64,000 bases of DNA from Azolla caroliniana (lineage: Eukaryota > Plantae > Polypodiophyta), in the NCBI GenBank assembly GCA_043228905.1, contig JBHGNT010000021.1, positions 3,348,001 through 3,412,000 of the forward strand, given 5' to 3'. How positions within the stretch are numbered: the first letter of the stretch is position 1; the number at the start of each line of letters is the position of its first letter. The position numbers were made by a program, and so were the translations under genes. This document shows, piece by piece, positions 1 through 13,039 of the stretch. The notes beneath the pieces are model-generated. The model did not search any database and had not been told where the DNA came from. It was given only the letters and a program-made list of their open reading frames with translations.

Positions 1-3
1 ACA

Positions 4-3000
4 TTGCCGGAAAGCTGGGAGAACTTGGTGGTGACTCTCAGCACCTCCTGCACCGAAGATAACTTGTCCCTACAAACGGTAAAGACAAGTATTTTGAACG
101 AAGAAGCGCGTCGGAGAGATAAGGAACCGGCCTCCGACCCGAAGATGTTGTTTACCGAATCGGATCGGGGAAGACAATGGAACCGGAGTCCGCAAAGACG
201 GGAGAAGTCGGGGACCCGGTCGCAGTCAAGAGGAAGGCCCACATGCTTCCACTGTGGGAAGCCGGGGCACTTCCGAAAGAATTGTCGGCATTACCGAAAA
301 GACAATGGAACCGACAACACCGATTCGAAGAAGTCACCGGAGAGAAACGGTGCATACCGGGGAGCCACGGACCGGAATGGTTCGGATCGGCGAGGACAGG
401 ACCGAAAAGGAACGACGGCACTCGCGGCAAGTGAAGAGGAGATCATGCTCATCACCGAAGAAGGTGAACTAAACATTGCCGGCGATGAGACGACCTGGGT
501 GGTCGATTCCGGAGCATCGTTCCACCTGACCCCAGAGAGAAGATACTTCTCATCCTACACAGCCGGCGAGCATGGCTGTGTTCGGATGGGAAACGAAGGT
601 ACGTGCCGGATTGCCGGCATAGGAGACGTGTGGTTGACAACCCCGACCGGATGCAAAATGCTGCTGAAGAATGTCCGACACGTTCCGGAGGTCCGACTGA
701 ACCTGATTTCGGCCGGGAGGCTAGATGATGAAGGCTACACGGGTAGCATCCGGAACGGTGTCATGAAGTTCAGCAAGGGGAGCTTGATAGTGGCTCGGGC
801 CCGGAAGGTCAACACACTGTACCTGATGAATGCCCGGTTATGTCCGGAAGAGCTGAATGTGGCAGCCGACACTGCCGGTGAGCTGTGGCACAAAAGACTG
901 TGCCACATGAGTGAGAAGGGGATGAAGAGGCTTGCAGAAGACAACCTTATTCCGGTGAAGCATGTGCACCTGGAGAAGTGCACCGACTGCCTGGCCGGTA
1001 AGCAGAACCGAACCTCCTTCCACTCAAGGCCACCGACGAGACGTAGCGCACCATTGGAGTTGGTGCACACTGATGTGTGTCAGGTAGAAACGAAGTCACA
1101 TGGCGGAGCCCAGTACTTCGTAACATTCATTGATGATCACAGCCGGAAGCTGTGGACGGCACCGTTGAAGACAAAGGACCAAGTGTTGTGCGTCTTCAAA
1201 GAACTCCACGCGAGAGTGGAAAGGGAATCCGGCAAGAAGCTGAAAGCGATACGAGCGGATAACGGAGGGGAATACCGAGGGCAGTTCCAGGAGTACTGTC
1301 GCTCGAAGGGAATCCGACTCGAGTTTACTGTGCCGAAGACGCCGGAACTGAACGGGCTGGCCGAGAGGATGAACCGGACCATAATGGAGAGGGTTCGGAG
1401 TATGCTGGCGCATGCGAAATTACCCAAGGGGTTCTGGGCTGAGGCAATGTCGACGGCGACATATGTGATAAACCGATCACCCTCAGTACCTTTGGACGGA
1501 GACACACCGCAGAGAGTGTGGACCGGTAGGGAAGTATCCTACCGGCATCTGAAGGTGTTCGGGTGTCTCGCATACGTGCACGTGGCGAAGGACCGGAGAG
1601 GAAAGCTAGATCCGAAGACCCGGCCATGCATATTCCTCGGTTACGGCGACGACGAGTTCGGCTACCGAGTATGGGACCCGGTCGACAAGAAGATATTCAG
1701 GAGTCGAGATATCATCTTTATGGAGGACAAGACACTCGCCGACTGGGAGTCGGAGAAGAAGATGAAGAGCTCCAAGTCGACCGGTGAGGATAAACTCTAC
1801 GAGGAGCAGTCCCGACCGGCAAGGGACCGGTTAGCACTCGAGGACCCGGCCGAAGACGGTGAAGAAACAGAACCGGCCGAAGAAGATGAAAATGATACCG
1901 GAACCGGCCCCGATCCCGAAATGGATTCGGATGAAGAAGAAGAATCGGAAGAACCGGTTACCGAAGCTCCCGAACGGAGATATCCTCTAAGAGAGAGGAG
2001 AGCCCCCCAGAGATTTCCGGAACCAGAGCACGTGCTGCTAACCGACGAGGGGGAGCCGGAGAGCTTTGAAGAAGCAAAGCATGACACCCAGAGCCGCAGG
2101 TGGTTGAGTGCCATGCAGGACGAGATGGATTCCCTGCATGAGAACCTCACATATGAACTTGTGGAGTTGCCGAAAGGAAAGCGGGCACTTCGAAACAAGT
2201 GGGTGTTCAAGCTGAAACCGGGAGATGCCGGAAACCCCCCGAGATATAAAGCCAGGATCGTGGTGAAGGGGTTTCAGCAGAAGAAGGGCGTCGACTTCGA
2301 CGAGATATTTGCCCCGGTAGTGAAGATGACCTCCATCCGGACGGTGCTGAGCATAGCGGCAAGCATGGACCTCGAGGTAGAACAGATGGACGTAAAGACG
2401 GCATTCCTTCACGGTGACCTCGAAGAAGAGATTTACATGCAGCAACCGGAAGGATTCGAGAAGAAAGGGAAGGAGCACCTGGTATGCCGGTTGAAGAAGA
2501 GCCTTTACGGACTGAAGCAGGCTCCCCGGCAATGGTACCGGAAGTTCGACTCCTTCATGACCGACGAAGGGTACCTCAAAACGCAGTCCGACCACTGCGC
2601 GTTTGTGAAGAAATTCGAAGGAGGAGACTTTCTAATACTCCTCCTGTACGTGGACGACATGTTGATCGTCGGACGGGACCAGGTCAAGATACGGATGCTG
2701 AAGAAGGCTCTTCACCGAACCTTCTCAATGAAGGACCTGGGTCCGGCGAGGCAAATACTAGGGATGCACATCATCCGGGACCGGAAGAAGAAGCAGTTGT
2801 GGCTGTCACAGGAGAAGTACGTGACGAAGGTGCTTCACCGGTTCAACATGTCGGAAGCAAGACCGGTCGGATCGACCCTCCCGGCAAACTGCAAGCTGTC
2901 CAGCAAGCAAAGTCCCAAGACAAAGGCTGAAAAGGAGGATATGATGAAAGTGCCGTATGCCTCAGCCGTCGGGAGCTTGATGTACGCCATGGTGTGTACG

Positions 3001-3624
3001 AGACCGGACATAGGATATGCAGTCGGAGTGGTGAGCCGGTACATGAGCAATCCCGGCAAAGAGCATTGGAACGCGGTCAAGTGGATACTCCGATACCTGA
3101 AGGGCACAGCGAATGTGTGCCTCCGATTCGGCTCCGGTAAACCCGAACTCGACGGTTTCACCGATTCGGATATGTCGGCTGATGCAGATACCAGCCGGTC
3201 CACATCAGGGAATGTGATGACGTATGCAGGGGGAGCTGTTTCATGGCAGTCGAGGCTGCAGAAGACGGTTGCGTTGTCAACCACGGAGGCGGAGTACATG
3301 GCGGCTGTTGAAGCCGGCAAGGAAATAATATGGATGAAGGACTTCATTAGAGAGCTCGGTATCCAACAGGAGGAGTACCGACTCTACTGTGACAGTCAGA
3401 GTGCAATCCACCTAGCGAAGAACGCGGCCTATCACTCCCGGACGAAGCACATCCAGCGAAGATATCACTGGATCCGGGAAAGGATAGAAGACAAGGAGTT
3501 CGTGCTGACAAAGATCCACACGGACGAGAACGGGTCGGATATGCTGACCAAGGTCCTCACACCCGACAAGCTGGAAGCATGCCGGAAGAGGGTCGGATTG
3601 GAGAGACATCCCATGCCGAAGTGA
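4..3624 (+). CDS. Ty1/copia Gag-Pol polyprotein, uninterrupted, N-terminus outside the window
   Basis: 1206-aa open frame with CCHC zinc knuckle (CFHCGKPGHFRKNC), protease (WVVDSGAS), GAG-pre/integrase (LWHKRLCH, VHTDVC, DNGGEY, LAERMNRT), RT (YVDDML) and RNase H (TDSD, STTEAEY) in copia order. The listed start is a TTG artefact. Confidence 0.97.
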   Translation: MPESWENLVVTLSTSCTEDNLSLQTVKTSILNEEARRRDKEPASDPKMLFTESDRGRQWNRSPQRREKSGTRSQSRGRPTCFHCGKPGHFRKNCRHYRKDNGTDNTDSKKSPERNGAYRGATDRNGSDRRGQDRKGTTALAASEEEIMLITEEGELNIAGDETTWVVDSGASFHLTPERRYFSSYTAGEHGCVRMGNEGTCRIAGIGDVWLTTPTGCKMLLKNVRHVPEVRLNLISAGRLDDEGYTGSIRNGVMKFSKGSLIVARARKVNTLYLMNARLCPEELNVAADTAGELWHKRLCHMSEKGMKRLAEDNLIPVKHVHLEKCTDCLAGKQNRTSFHSRPPTRRSAPLELVHTDVCQVETKSHGGAQYFVTFIDDHSRKLWTAPLKTKDQVLCVFKELHARVERESGKKLKAIRADNGGEYRGQFQEYCRSKGIRLEFTVPKTPELNGLAERMNRTIMERVRSMLAHAKLPKGFWAEAMSTATYVINRSPSVPLDGDTPQRVWTGREVSYRHLKVFGCLAYVHVAKDRRGKLDPKTRPCIFLGYGDDEFGYRVWDPVDKKIFRSRDIIFMEDKTLADWESEKKMKSSKSTGEDKLYEEQSRPARDRLALEDPAEDGEETEPAEEDENDTGTGPDPEMDSDEEEESEEPVTEAPERRYPLRERRAPQRFPEPEHVLLTDEGEPESFEEAKHDTQSRRWLSAMQDEMDSLHENLTYELVELPKGKRALRNKWVFKLKPGDAGNPPRYKARIVVKGFQQKKGVDFDEIFAPVVKMTSIRTVLSIAASMDLEVEQMDVKTAFLHGDLEEEIYMQQPEGFEKKGKEHLVCRLKKSLYGLKQAPRQWYRKFDSFMTDEGYLKTQSDHCAFVKKFEGGDFLILLLYVDDMLIVGRDQVKIRMLKKALHRTFSMKDLGPARQILGMHIIRDRKKKQLWLSQEKYVTKVLHRFNMSEARPVGSTLPANCKLSSKQSPKTKAEKEDMMKVPYASAVGSLMYAMVCTRPDIGYAVGVVSRYMSNPGKEHWNAVKWILRYLKGTANVCLRFGSGKPELDGFTDSDMSADADTSRSTSGNVMTYAGGAVSWQSRLQKTVALSTTEAEYMAAVEAGKEIIWMKDFIRELGIQQEEYRLYCDSQSAIHLAKNAAYHSRTKHIQRRYHWIRERIEDKEFVLTKIHTDENGSDMLTKVLTPDKLEACRKRVGLERHPMPK

Positions 3625-3634
3625 AGGGGGAGTT

Positions 3635-4246
3635 TGTTGGGATTACGGTCCCTTCTCATGGGATGGTCGGATATCGGAGATGAATGCCGACAAGCCCGGT
3701 TTCGGTTTCGGATCCGGATGACGAAGACCCCGGTTTCGGTACCGGATGACGAATGTACCCGGAGAGCGATCCGGATACAGGGACATATCCGTGAATATGT
3801 TCGCTATGGGCCCCTGAGGCTACAGTTGTAAATAGCCCAAAGTCATATAAGTATAAATATGACTTAGGGCAAACAGTTTTGCTGTTGCTTCTCATTTTTC
3901 TGTTTTTCCCACTCAAGAGGAGTGAAGTGTAAGCAGCCGTGAGAGAGAGAGAGAGAGAGAGAGCGCGAGAGAGGAAGAGGTAGACGCCTCTGTGTATTTC
4001 CGCCGCCTGTGGCGAGGACAGCGAGCTCAAGGTCGTCGCCTTGCAGCTCGCCATTGTATACTTCTCTGTATAGTGTTGGGTTGGAGTCTTGTACTCCCGT
4101 GGTTTTTCCCGTCTGGGTTTTCCACGTTAATCCCTGTGTACTCGCGTTCTTGTTTTTCGTGTGGTTCCTATTTTCTGCTGCATTGATCCGCGATTACTCG
4201 GTTGTGGCCGAGTGAAGAAGGTGAATAGAAGGGTCTATTCCTTACA
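3635..4246 (+). mobile_element. 3' LTR of the Ty1/copia element (element spans <1-4246)
   Basis: Polypurine tract (PPT) GAAGGGGGAG (3623-3632) follows the stop codon. The LTR starts TGTTGGGATTACGGTCCC, has a TATAAAT near 3853 and ends CTTACA. It is homologous to the solo LTR at 44357-44992. Confidence 0.88.
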
Positions 4247-4614
4247 GGAGATGGGGAGAGATTGGCGCGCGCTAGAGGGGACGAAGTGCTGTCGGTTTAG
4301 GACCGAGCTCTGTCGTTCTCCATAGCTTTCTTTTGCGTAGGTTCTCGAGAGGTTGATTCTGCTCCGTGGAACACCCATGTGCTTCCGGCAGAATCTCCAT
4401 CTTGCTCCCCTGTGTGCGTGGGTGATCAGGCGTCGGCATCCATCTCGCCGACCTGATCGGCTGTAACCGTTCGAGTCGTCTGCATATGTACAAATACACA
4501 CGTATATTTATATATATGCACTAGCGTTCTTATACTCTATCTCCTGCTCAACTCGTGCCTCCTGTGTTGTTGGGCCGCGTTCCCGTGTGCTTCTTTGTCT
4601 ATACTTGTGTGAGC

Positions 4615-4657
<43 letters not shown>

Positions 4658-4729
4658 CTCACCTATTCCTCGGTCCAAGACCCCAGTGGTCCCGCCTTGT
4701 TCTCCACGAACGCGCGAAACAACGCGACA
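4247..4729 (+). mobile_element. 3' part of an LTR of the tRNA-Trp/ACGN family, interrupted by the copia element
   Basis: Ends GTCCAAGACCCCAGTGGTCCCGCC...AACAACGCGACA, matching the LTR termini at 40701 and 48647. Followed by ACGT (4730-4733). Contains a (CT)n tract. Confidence 0.8.
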
Positions 4730-5771
4730 ACGTAATAAACACTAATATACACATATTTATGTTTATCATATGTATACGATTAAATACGTATACATGTGAT
4801 TACATATGCATATATTTAAAAAAATCGTAACATAACATAGCCAATGAATTATGTAATCGAGGCATATAGCCTCTATGCACACGAAACATCCAAATAAGGG
4901 TGAACGTAATTGAGGTATTGACCTCTTACACATACACCACAAATCGCATATCTTTTACATAGAAATCGAGGTATTGACCTCATATGCATACATAACATAT
5001 GTATGTGAACATAACACGCAATTGAGGTATTAACCTCGTACGCATATGACACAAATCACATATCAAATATATGTCAAATGAGGTATTGATCTCATATACA
5101 TATTTTTATACAACCAATTATTATCACTACAACATAATTGAATCAATGAAAAAAATTACATATTGACTATACATTATTAGATTGGGAGAAGAAAAAAATT
5201 AAGAAAGAGTTACCGAAGTTCCTTTGTTGATAGCTATCTGGATCAAGCTTGATCACACATCGATCGATCACCATCCAACAAGGAAAACAATCAACAAACG
5301 AAACATTAAAAGAAAAACTCGGATACCAGTTGTTAGAGCTAGATCCTAATGTAAGCATGAGATAAATAAATAATAGATAGAAAAATAAGAGAAGAGAGAG
5401 AAAGAAGGGTGTCGATCCACCCGACCACCCCCGAGCAAAGGGATCGAGACGGACTCGAGCCTCGATCAACGTCCCATACCACCGTTGTTCGAGTTGTACC
5501 TAGTACTGGCGCTCGCTACAAGAGTTGATCCACCACAAGGACATAGTCGATAATGTGTCAAATGAGAGTAGCCTAGGCCTCATATTTACAGCTAGACCTA
5601 AGGCCCCCCAGGTAAGTTCACACTTGGCCTTAATGGGTTGTCTCAATCACACGGATTAAAAGTAATCCTTCCCTTCTTTACACTCTCGTTTAACCCTCAC
5701 ACTTTATTGACATGTATAGAATACTACGGTATAATCTTACCACGGGATATTATATGGTCATGCCTGTAACA
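4730..5771 (-). mobile_element. 5' end of a tRNA-iMet-primed Ty3/gypsy chromovirus: 5' LTR 5331-5771, PBS 5318-5328, 5' UTR
   Basis: The LTR is homologous to 27818-28272, 35065-35516 and 61588-62042. The reverse complement of 5318-5328 is TGGTATCCGAG. The UTR aligns to about 28290-28897. Confidence 0.88.
4859..5093. repeat. 56-bp-period array of GAGGT-N4-ACCTC mini stem-loops in the chromovirus 5' UTR
   Basis: GAGGTATT(G/A)A(C/T)CTC at 4912, 4968, 5024 and 5080, plus the variant GAGGCATATAGCCTC at 4859. A homologous array lies at about 28530-28775. Confidence 0.8.
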
Positions 5772-6808
5772 TGGAGGCATTCTTTTGCATGGATAGCAAA
5801 ATTTTGGAGGATTATTTTGTGTTTTGGCAATATCAAGAATTGCACATGAAAGGGGGTTTTCAAAGATTATTAAGTTAAAGAGCAAAATCCTTAAAAGTGT
5901 AAGTTCATTAATATTTGTGGCAACCATTGATTGATACACCAATAATACCAACTTTGAAGAGGTTACATTTGAGGAATGCGCCAAAGCTTGGAGGGGTATG
6001 AGGAATGTAGAATTGGATCATTGACAACATAATGTAAACCATAACTTGCATAGAAATATCATATTTCTATCTTATTACATGGGTTTAACCTAGTTAATAG
6101 ATATTTCCAAGATGAATTACATCAAAAACCTATAACGTTTTGTGGAATATGAAAATGTCTTCCAATTTTACTTTTGGATGACAAACAAAATCTTGAAAAT
6201 GTCAATGGACTGCCAACTTAGAAATTTGTTATTCCAAAAAGATTTGACATGTTATAGAAATACATCCCAGGCAATCTAAATCCTAACGCATTGGATATCA
6301 GTCTACATTTGCAATCTGAAAAGGGTTTAGGGTTTAAGAGCCGTTTGATGACATTGTAACAGATTTAACTAAACCACGGTAGACAGATATCCTACAACTC
6401 ATACAGCACAAAAGCAATGTGAACCACTCGTGCTACAGAATTATAGAGATGTTGCACCAAGGATTTTCCCACATGGGAGGCTTGATGTAAACCACTGGCA
6501 ATAGAGAATTATAGATGAAATGAGGCATTAAGTACGCAGTTCATATGGCACTTAAGCAAGTAGATTTAATAAGGATTTAATATGAGCCTTGAGAAATTAT
6601 ATTGAAATGTTAGAAGCTCTTGATGTAGAAAGAACACCGAGCATCTGACAGATTAACAACATAAGGAGAGTGGACTTCCTAAGAGTCCAATATACAAGAC
6701 ACCACTACCCTTGGATGTAATTTGTGTTGCAGCCATTGAAGCAACAACAGCTTTATTGTATAATCAGCCAGTTCTGATAGTTCCCACAACCTAAATGAAT
6801 GCATTTCC

Positions 6809-9800
6809 TTAAAAGCAGCTTCCTTTTCTCTGTTATGAAAATAACCACAACAGCAAAACTCTTAATTTGACCTCCAAGAGACACATGTTAGACGCGAAAA
6901 TTACACTTTCAATGTATACCTTCAATTTTTGCTCTTTGAACTGTGCAAGACAGTTATACAACTCAGTTTGTTTTTCCAGCACAAGTCGAAGTGTCTACAT
7001 TGAAATATAATAAGTAAGAACGTGTGAATCCAAACTCATTGATTGACTGAATTGAATTGTTAGGCAACATATGTGACAAAATAAATTAAACGGAGATTCA
7101 AGTTAGCAACTCACTTTTCGTGTCTCAACCACCTCAGCTTCCAGAGACTTAATTCTCTGTAATGATATGTTCATTAGGCCTTCCTTTGGGTCATTCAACT
7201 CATGTGTCTTTGCAAGTAAGGTAACCTTCTCTTCTAAACTGTCTAACCTCTTTTGAAGTGCAGGAGAAGCATCCACATACAGTGATGAAGATAATGTGCA
7301 TTGACGTGGTAGGTTTGACATATTTCCTTGTTCCCTGTATTCAATTTGGTTTATCAGTTGTCCTTGTTCATTGGACATGTGCCTTCTACTGCATTTGCCG
7401 ACTGTATGAAGGATGCTTCGCACCACTGACATGAAACTTAAGAAGACAGCCGCAAACCCATATAAAACCTTGATTGAAAGCATAATGATAGACATCTTCC
7501 TTGATGCTACAAAATGAGAAAGCCACATGTATTGTTTCAGTGTATGTTTAACGGAACAAATTGATTATATTTCAGTCAAACGTTTGCTAAAAACCCATTA
7601 GAGTCTTCATATTTACTTATTTTCTCAACCGGCCCTTTTACAAGAATGAATTTGCATACATACAGAGGGAATACCTTCAGTGCGATCAAGTTTCCGAATA
7701 ATTAGCTCTCTCCTGTAGCCATTATCAATGGCCTTGTCAATAACAGGAACAGAATCAACTTCAGATATCAAAGAGGGGCCATTATAACCACTGCTGCTTG
7801 TTTTGGGCTATGATTTGCAACACAAGAATATATGTTAGACACTTAAATATAGTAATTTATCCCATGTAAATTGTAGTTGTACTATAGCTAGATCGCCACA
7901 CTACTCTATTCCACACATAGACACACAAGATAAGACTATATAGCTTGCTAATCATGCAACCATTTTCCCATATACAGACACACAAGAACCTATATTCTAC
8001 AGGTATTAACTAACCATTCACATTCTGATGATAGTGAGGGGATTATAGCCATACCTCCTCGTGCACGGGTGTCAACTTAGGATGCCGATATACACTGCTT
8101 CCACGTGGTGAGAAGCAATCATCCACATCTGAACCCGATTCTGCCGTTGAGAGATCAACGTCATTGCTCTGGCCAAACGCAAATACATCAAGTGAGACTA
8201 ATTGATTCTGATACCATCCCTTTACACTGTCTAGTAATTGAAGCATTAGAACAGATGATTAAACTAATAGTGCCTACCTTTGACGATGAAACTTTTCCAT
8301 CATTTGTTATTGTAACAATATGTCTATGCTTAATTTCACCATCCAGAACTGCCTGCATTATGAATATATGAAGAGTTATTTTAAATGTTTCAGACACGTA
8401 GATTTTTTTGTGGATCAGCAGATACAGAGGTGCCCTCTTAGGTAAAGAATCGAAAGAAAATTCAAATCCATATAATTATGTACCTGCATTATAACAGGAT
8501 CCCTCCAAGGACCCTTTTCGGCAAATAGACAACCTCCCTCCTCCGGACATCTACAATCTCCTCCAAGAAAATCTGGCAGCTGACTGTCAAAATGTAATGG
8601 AATTTTAGCTTCTTATCTATTAACATCATCACAATTACATCACTGAATTACACACGCTAAAAAGATAGCTACCTTGCATCAATTACTTCCAGAAGTTTGC
8701 TCTGATACTTGTTTCCCAAAACCTGCAAGATGAAATATACCCCATATATAACGTGTGACAATTTTTTGTGCTCTATTATATGAGGCATCTATTCTATATC
8801 ATTAGAATTTTCATACAGTGATTTTAGATGCTGTTTTGGGGTCTATGAATCCTTTGATTGAATTCCACAGCAGCTTAAAACCTGAATTGCTGTTTATTAT
8901 AAACATCCGATGCAAAGTCTGTAAATTTTTTAGTAGCATACAGAGATACGCTTAATTAGATAAGAATGCTGCAAAAAAACTGCCAACAGAGAGAGAGAGA
9001 GAGATTAATCATCAAAAATCAAACCTCAGGATAGTTGTCTGCATCAATTTTCTGTATTCGAAACAAAAGTTCCCGGGCATTCTTGCTCATGTTTTTTAAA
9101 CCCTGCATCACAACTAATGAATCAAGATACCAGTATCTTCAATTAAATCTAAATCAGATGTAGAATCAGAATTAGAGCAAATACCAGTCCTGAGACATCA
9201 AGTATTGTTGTAGTTGAGCCAATATGCTTTTTTGCGGCAACTGAGCAAGCAGGAAACTTTTTATTTAAAGATCTTTCAAATTCGAGTACATGATATTTGA
9301 GGTATCTGTCCACTGTTGTGACTTGCATGAGTTTGTTGGGCTCAATCTTTCCCAACTTCTCGATGTAAACAGGCCTACCATCTTTATCTACCCCATGATG
9401 CCCATGTGGATAATATTTCTTCACTTCTCTCAGCTCTTCATAATCAAAATCCTGGACAAAACCAATATATAATATACTTTAGACTCAATCAAACTTTTGC
9501 TAGCACTTTGCCACTATCAATTTTTTTTTTCTACTAGCAGCATTTGTATACCAAAACAGACACAACTGTACCTCCTCAATAGTGTCAGCACCAAATTCTT
9601 TCCTCCATTGAAGCATATCAGACCACATATTTTTGGTCTTCTCAATGTCAAATTTCCGCGCTTTTAAGAACCTGAATTAAAACTGCGAGATCAATCAAGC
9701 TAGTAATCAACAAGATTTAACCGTTCAATCTAGAGTGAGGTTTATGCCAGTACACACAGTATTGAATGTCTGGTAGGATCATAATTCAATTCCTAACCTG

Positions 9801-10072
9801 AGAAGTATATGGTAATCATCATGTCTCGCCGGAAGTAGATTCTCAGATATAAGAACATCCCTGAATGCTTCGACTGCTATCTGTTCTTGCTCATCCCGAA
9901 TATCTTTGATTGCACCAAAGCCATAATGCTTCCTCCTCCGCCTCAACGAGTTTCTCAGCTTTTTCGAGTTAATCATTGCCTTAAAAGCTCCCATTTTCGT
10001 TTTTCCTTTTCTCTCATCTTCAGTGTCTCGCTCACCATCTGATTTTCTCTCTCTCCCCTCGTGTGACATCAT
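6809..10072 (-). CDS. SEC14-like phosphatidylinositol/phosphatidylcholine transfer protein with C-terminal nodulin-like coiled coil (SFH family), about 593 aa, 13 coding exons
   Basis: Exons with GT-AG boundaries and consistent phase: 10072-9798, 9671-9572, 9451-9185, 9102-9025, 8918-8817, 8722-8673, 8583-8484, 8352-8278, 8168-8055, 7807-7675, 7506-7115, 6994-6920, 6829-6809 (sum 1782 nt). Motifs: [82 protein letters not shown]. Ends KLKRKGSCF*. An acceptor at 10077 implies further upstream exon(s), so the true start may differ. Confidence 0.92.
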
Positions 10073-13039
10073 AAAGCTGTCACATGCAAGGGGAAAATAG
10101 GAATTAGCAGAGGCTACCTAAGAGACATATTTCATTCAGTAATAACAATTGTTACACCTTACTCGTCATACTAGCTATAACTGAATATAGACAGATCCAA
10201 AAAACCAAAAACGTTCCTTTGTCATACAATATCTCTCATCACTGCATGCCAATACTTCTAAGGTTACATGAAAGATTTTGTTGCATTTAGAAACAGATTG
10301 CATATTGCTATAATGCATAATCAATTCAGTAAGAAACTACACTTAACACAGTGGCAAAAAATAAAAATAGAAAATTAATCAAATAAGTAAATCTGATGAT
10401 CTTACTGTTTTATTAATAATGAAAGTTATGCATTGCTCCTACAAAGGAATAACAAATGTACAAAGGCAATATGCGCCCGGGAGCTGCTCTTTTTGTTTTT
10501 CTTTTATGCCAATAATTAATAGTAGTTTTGTCTTCTTTTTGTGTGCTCCAATGTAGAATGTCGATGGGCAACTGATGTCTACAATCATAAATGTCAGAAC
10601 CAGCAGACACTGGGACAATATGTTCGTCCATTTAGCATTGGGTTCTGTGTGTGCATTGAATCCTAAAGGTAATGCCTCATGAAGCCACTTTAGGTTAGAC
10701 CCTAGTGTAAAGCCACTTATAAGTTATAAAGCGAATCGCTAAGTTTGTCTTTTGAAGGGCAGAAATAGTCAACATGAGCAAGACTTATCTTTTTCGAACA
10801 AACTAGTTCTACAATACAAATTCAATTTTGGAGCTATGGAGGGTTAAATTTGCATGATTCATTGGTGATTTGCTCTCTCTCTTGATATCCTCAATCAAAG
10901 TACAGTGGATACAGGTTTTTGTCGCTGGCTTAGGTTTAAATGGCTGGCTGCATTTCCAGGCTTTTCTCTCAATCTTATTGTTATTCTCTTCTATTATCTA
11001 TAAAGATATACAGCTGGGGCAATGGGGATACAGAATATCAACTTCCTTCTTCAGGAGTAATATAGCTTCCTGGATGTGAAATCGAGTCTTGATTAGACCA
11101 AATTCTTAAGCACATATAGCTGAAAGATCTGCAATCCTAATTTATGTCTCAAAGATAGATAGTTGGGTAAATGCTGGAGTGCTACCCACAATATCCATAT
11201 TATCCACTGGTTTGCCAAGGAATTGAAATTTTGGCCAAGGGTAGTTTCACCAATAGGAGCTCCTCTCAGCATTCTCATTGGTTAGTTTATATAGAATTTT
11301 GTTACATCATAGATCCTAAAATTGACCCTGAGTTGCATTATAGTATGAACAAAAGTCAGTATTTTGCAGCCTAGACCAACATTCTAGTAAGTCTGAACCG
11401 ATAGAATTCCTATGTGTTCGTCTACATGAAACAGAATCTGATAGGTTCAAAATTAGTTTTAGCATTATCCCTGTCCTGAACTGCCTGATGATGTAATAGA
11501 ATCTACTGAAGTGTAATCCTCCTCCTCACATCCTCTCTGCCAGATTACCATTTTCATCATCTTTCTGAGATGAAAATCTTTCAATTTTGTATACAAGCTT
11601 TCAGTTTTGACAATTTACAGCATCATGGTGTTATATTTCTTCTGTACTCCCAACTCCAAATGTTCTATCACAGTTAATTTGAAAAGGATTGCTCAATGCC
11701 TCATTTTATTCCTCTTTCTGAGAAATGAAAGGCTTTTAAGCATGTTTAAGCTTAGTGATTCAACAAAGAGAGAGATAGTTAGATTGATTACCACAAATGA
11801 TCTAAAAATAAACTCTCCATGGTTGAATTACATGATGAGATGACAAAACCTATTGTTTACTGTTTTAACAAATGTGCATTCGTTTCAGAGTAGATATATT
11901 AACGTCTAGCATAGACCAACATCAGCCTAAGAGACAAACCATGGTTACAAATATGGGTAAATTCAAGTTACATATTTGAAACAATAATAAAGAAATTTAA
12001 TAACTAACTAGATCAGAGTTTCATGCGATTTGAATTAATGAAGACCTTCAGTGCCATATAAACTTACATGTCACCAAAAGTTCATCAATGTGAAACAGAC
12101 AGGGAGATAGATCTACCTTGGTTAATATAGAGAATGTCTCTAATCATTCACCATTGATCTTTTAACTATCGACCTTGAGTTACATAAGAAATGCTACAAA
12201 AATCTGCTGTTTTGGTTCTATTCGAAAATCTTATTCTTAGTGAGTAACAAAAATTGTTAACTGTGTAATATTTTCCTTTTCAGAAAATGCTCATCATCCA
12301 GCATAGAAGAACAGAAAAGAGAGATCTTTCTCAATTGATCCGACAAAGAAATTTAAATTCTCTCATCAGATCTGTCCTCCGTGAGGGAGCTTGAATTAGG
12401 TCAATGAGATCATAGAGAACCACTGTTTTAATTTTATAAGAATAGTGTAGCAATGCTAATGTGATAGATCTCTCATCGGATCCCTCCTTCATGATGTACC
12501 TTGAATTAGATAGATGAGATAATAAAAACTATTGTTTTAATTCTGTCATAATCCTCTAGTACGGATACTGCAAAATATCTACGCTGATTTATTCGTCCAT
12601 GAAATCTTAAGACTCAATCAGAATTATTCTCCATGGAACTTGAATTATAAGATGATATGAGAGAAACTTCAGGTTTTGCTTCTTTCAGGATTCTCTTTCT
12701 TGATGGACCTTGATTTGAATAGATAAGATTGTAGAAATCCAAAGTTTTTGCTAGAATTCTGTAGATCAGATGACTGAAAAATACCTTTTTGGCTTCTATC
12801 AGATTATGATTTCCCCTTTTTAAGAGGAATAGAAACATTTAATTCATCATCGTGTACTCTCAGCTCAAGAGATCAACCATAAAACTCAACCTTTGGCTTC
12901 TTTTTTACCTTATCGGTTCGGAGAAGAAAAGATGAAGATGAAGAAGAAAGAAAAGGAAAAACCTAACGAATACTGTAACATTGAATCACCTGACCAAAGG
13001 AATGAAGAAGAAGAAGAAGAAATTTAGGTGAAACAATAC

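Noticed and set aside
4859-5093. CRISPR-like array of palindromic repeats with regular spacers
   Set aside because: Eukaryotic context, no cas genes, spacers resemble each other, and the array lies in a retrotransposon leader.
11730-12850. Diverged ~110-bp repeats (TTGAATTA...ATGAGAT...TGTTTT) upstream of the first identified SFH coding exon
   Set aside because: Only two units align clearly (about 12360 and 12470), and no function or boundaries can be supported.
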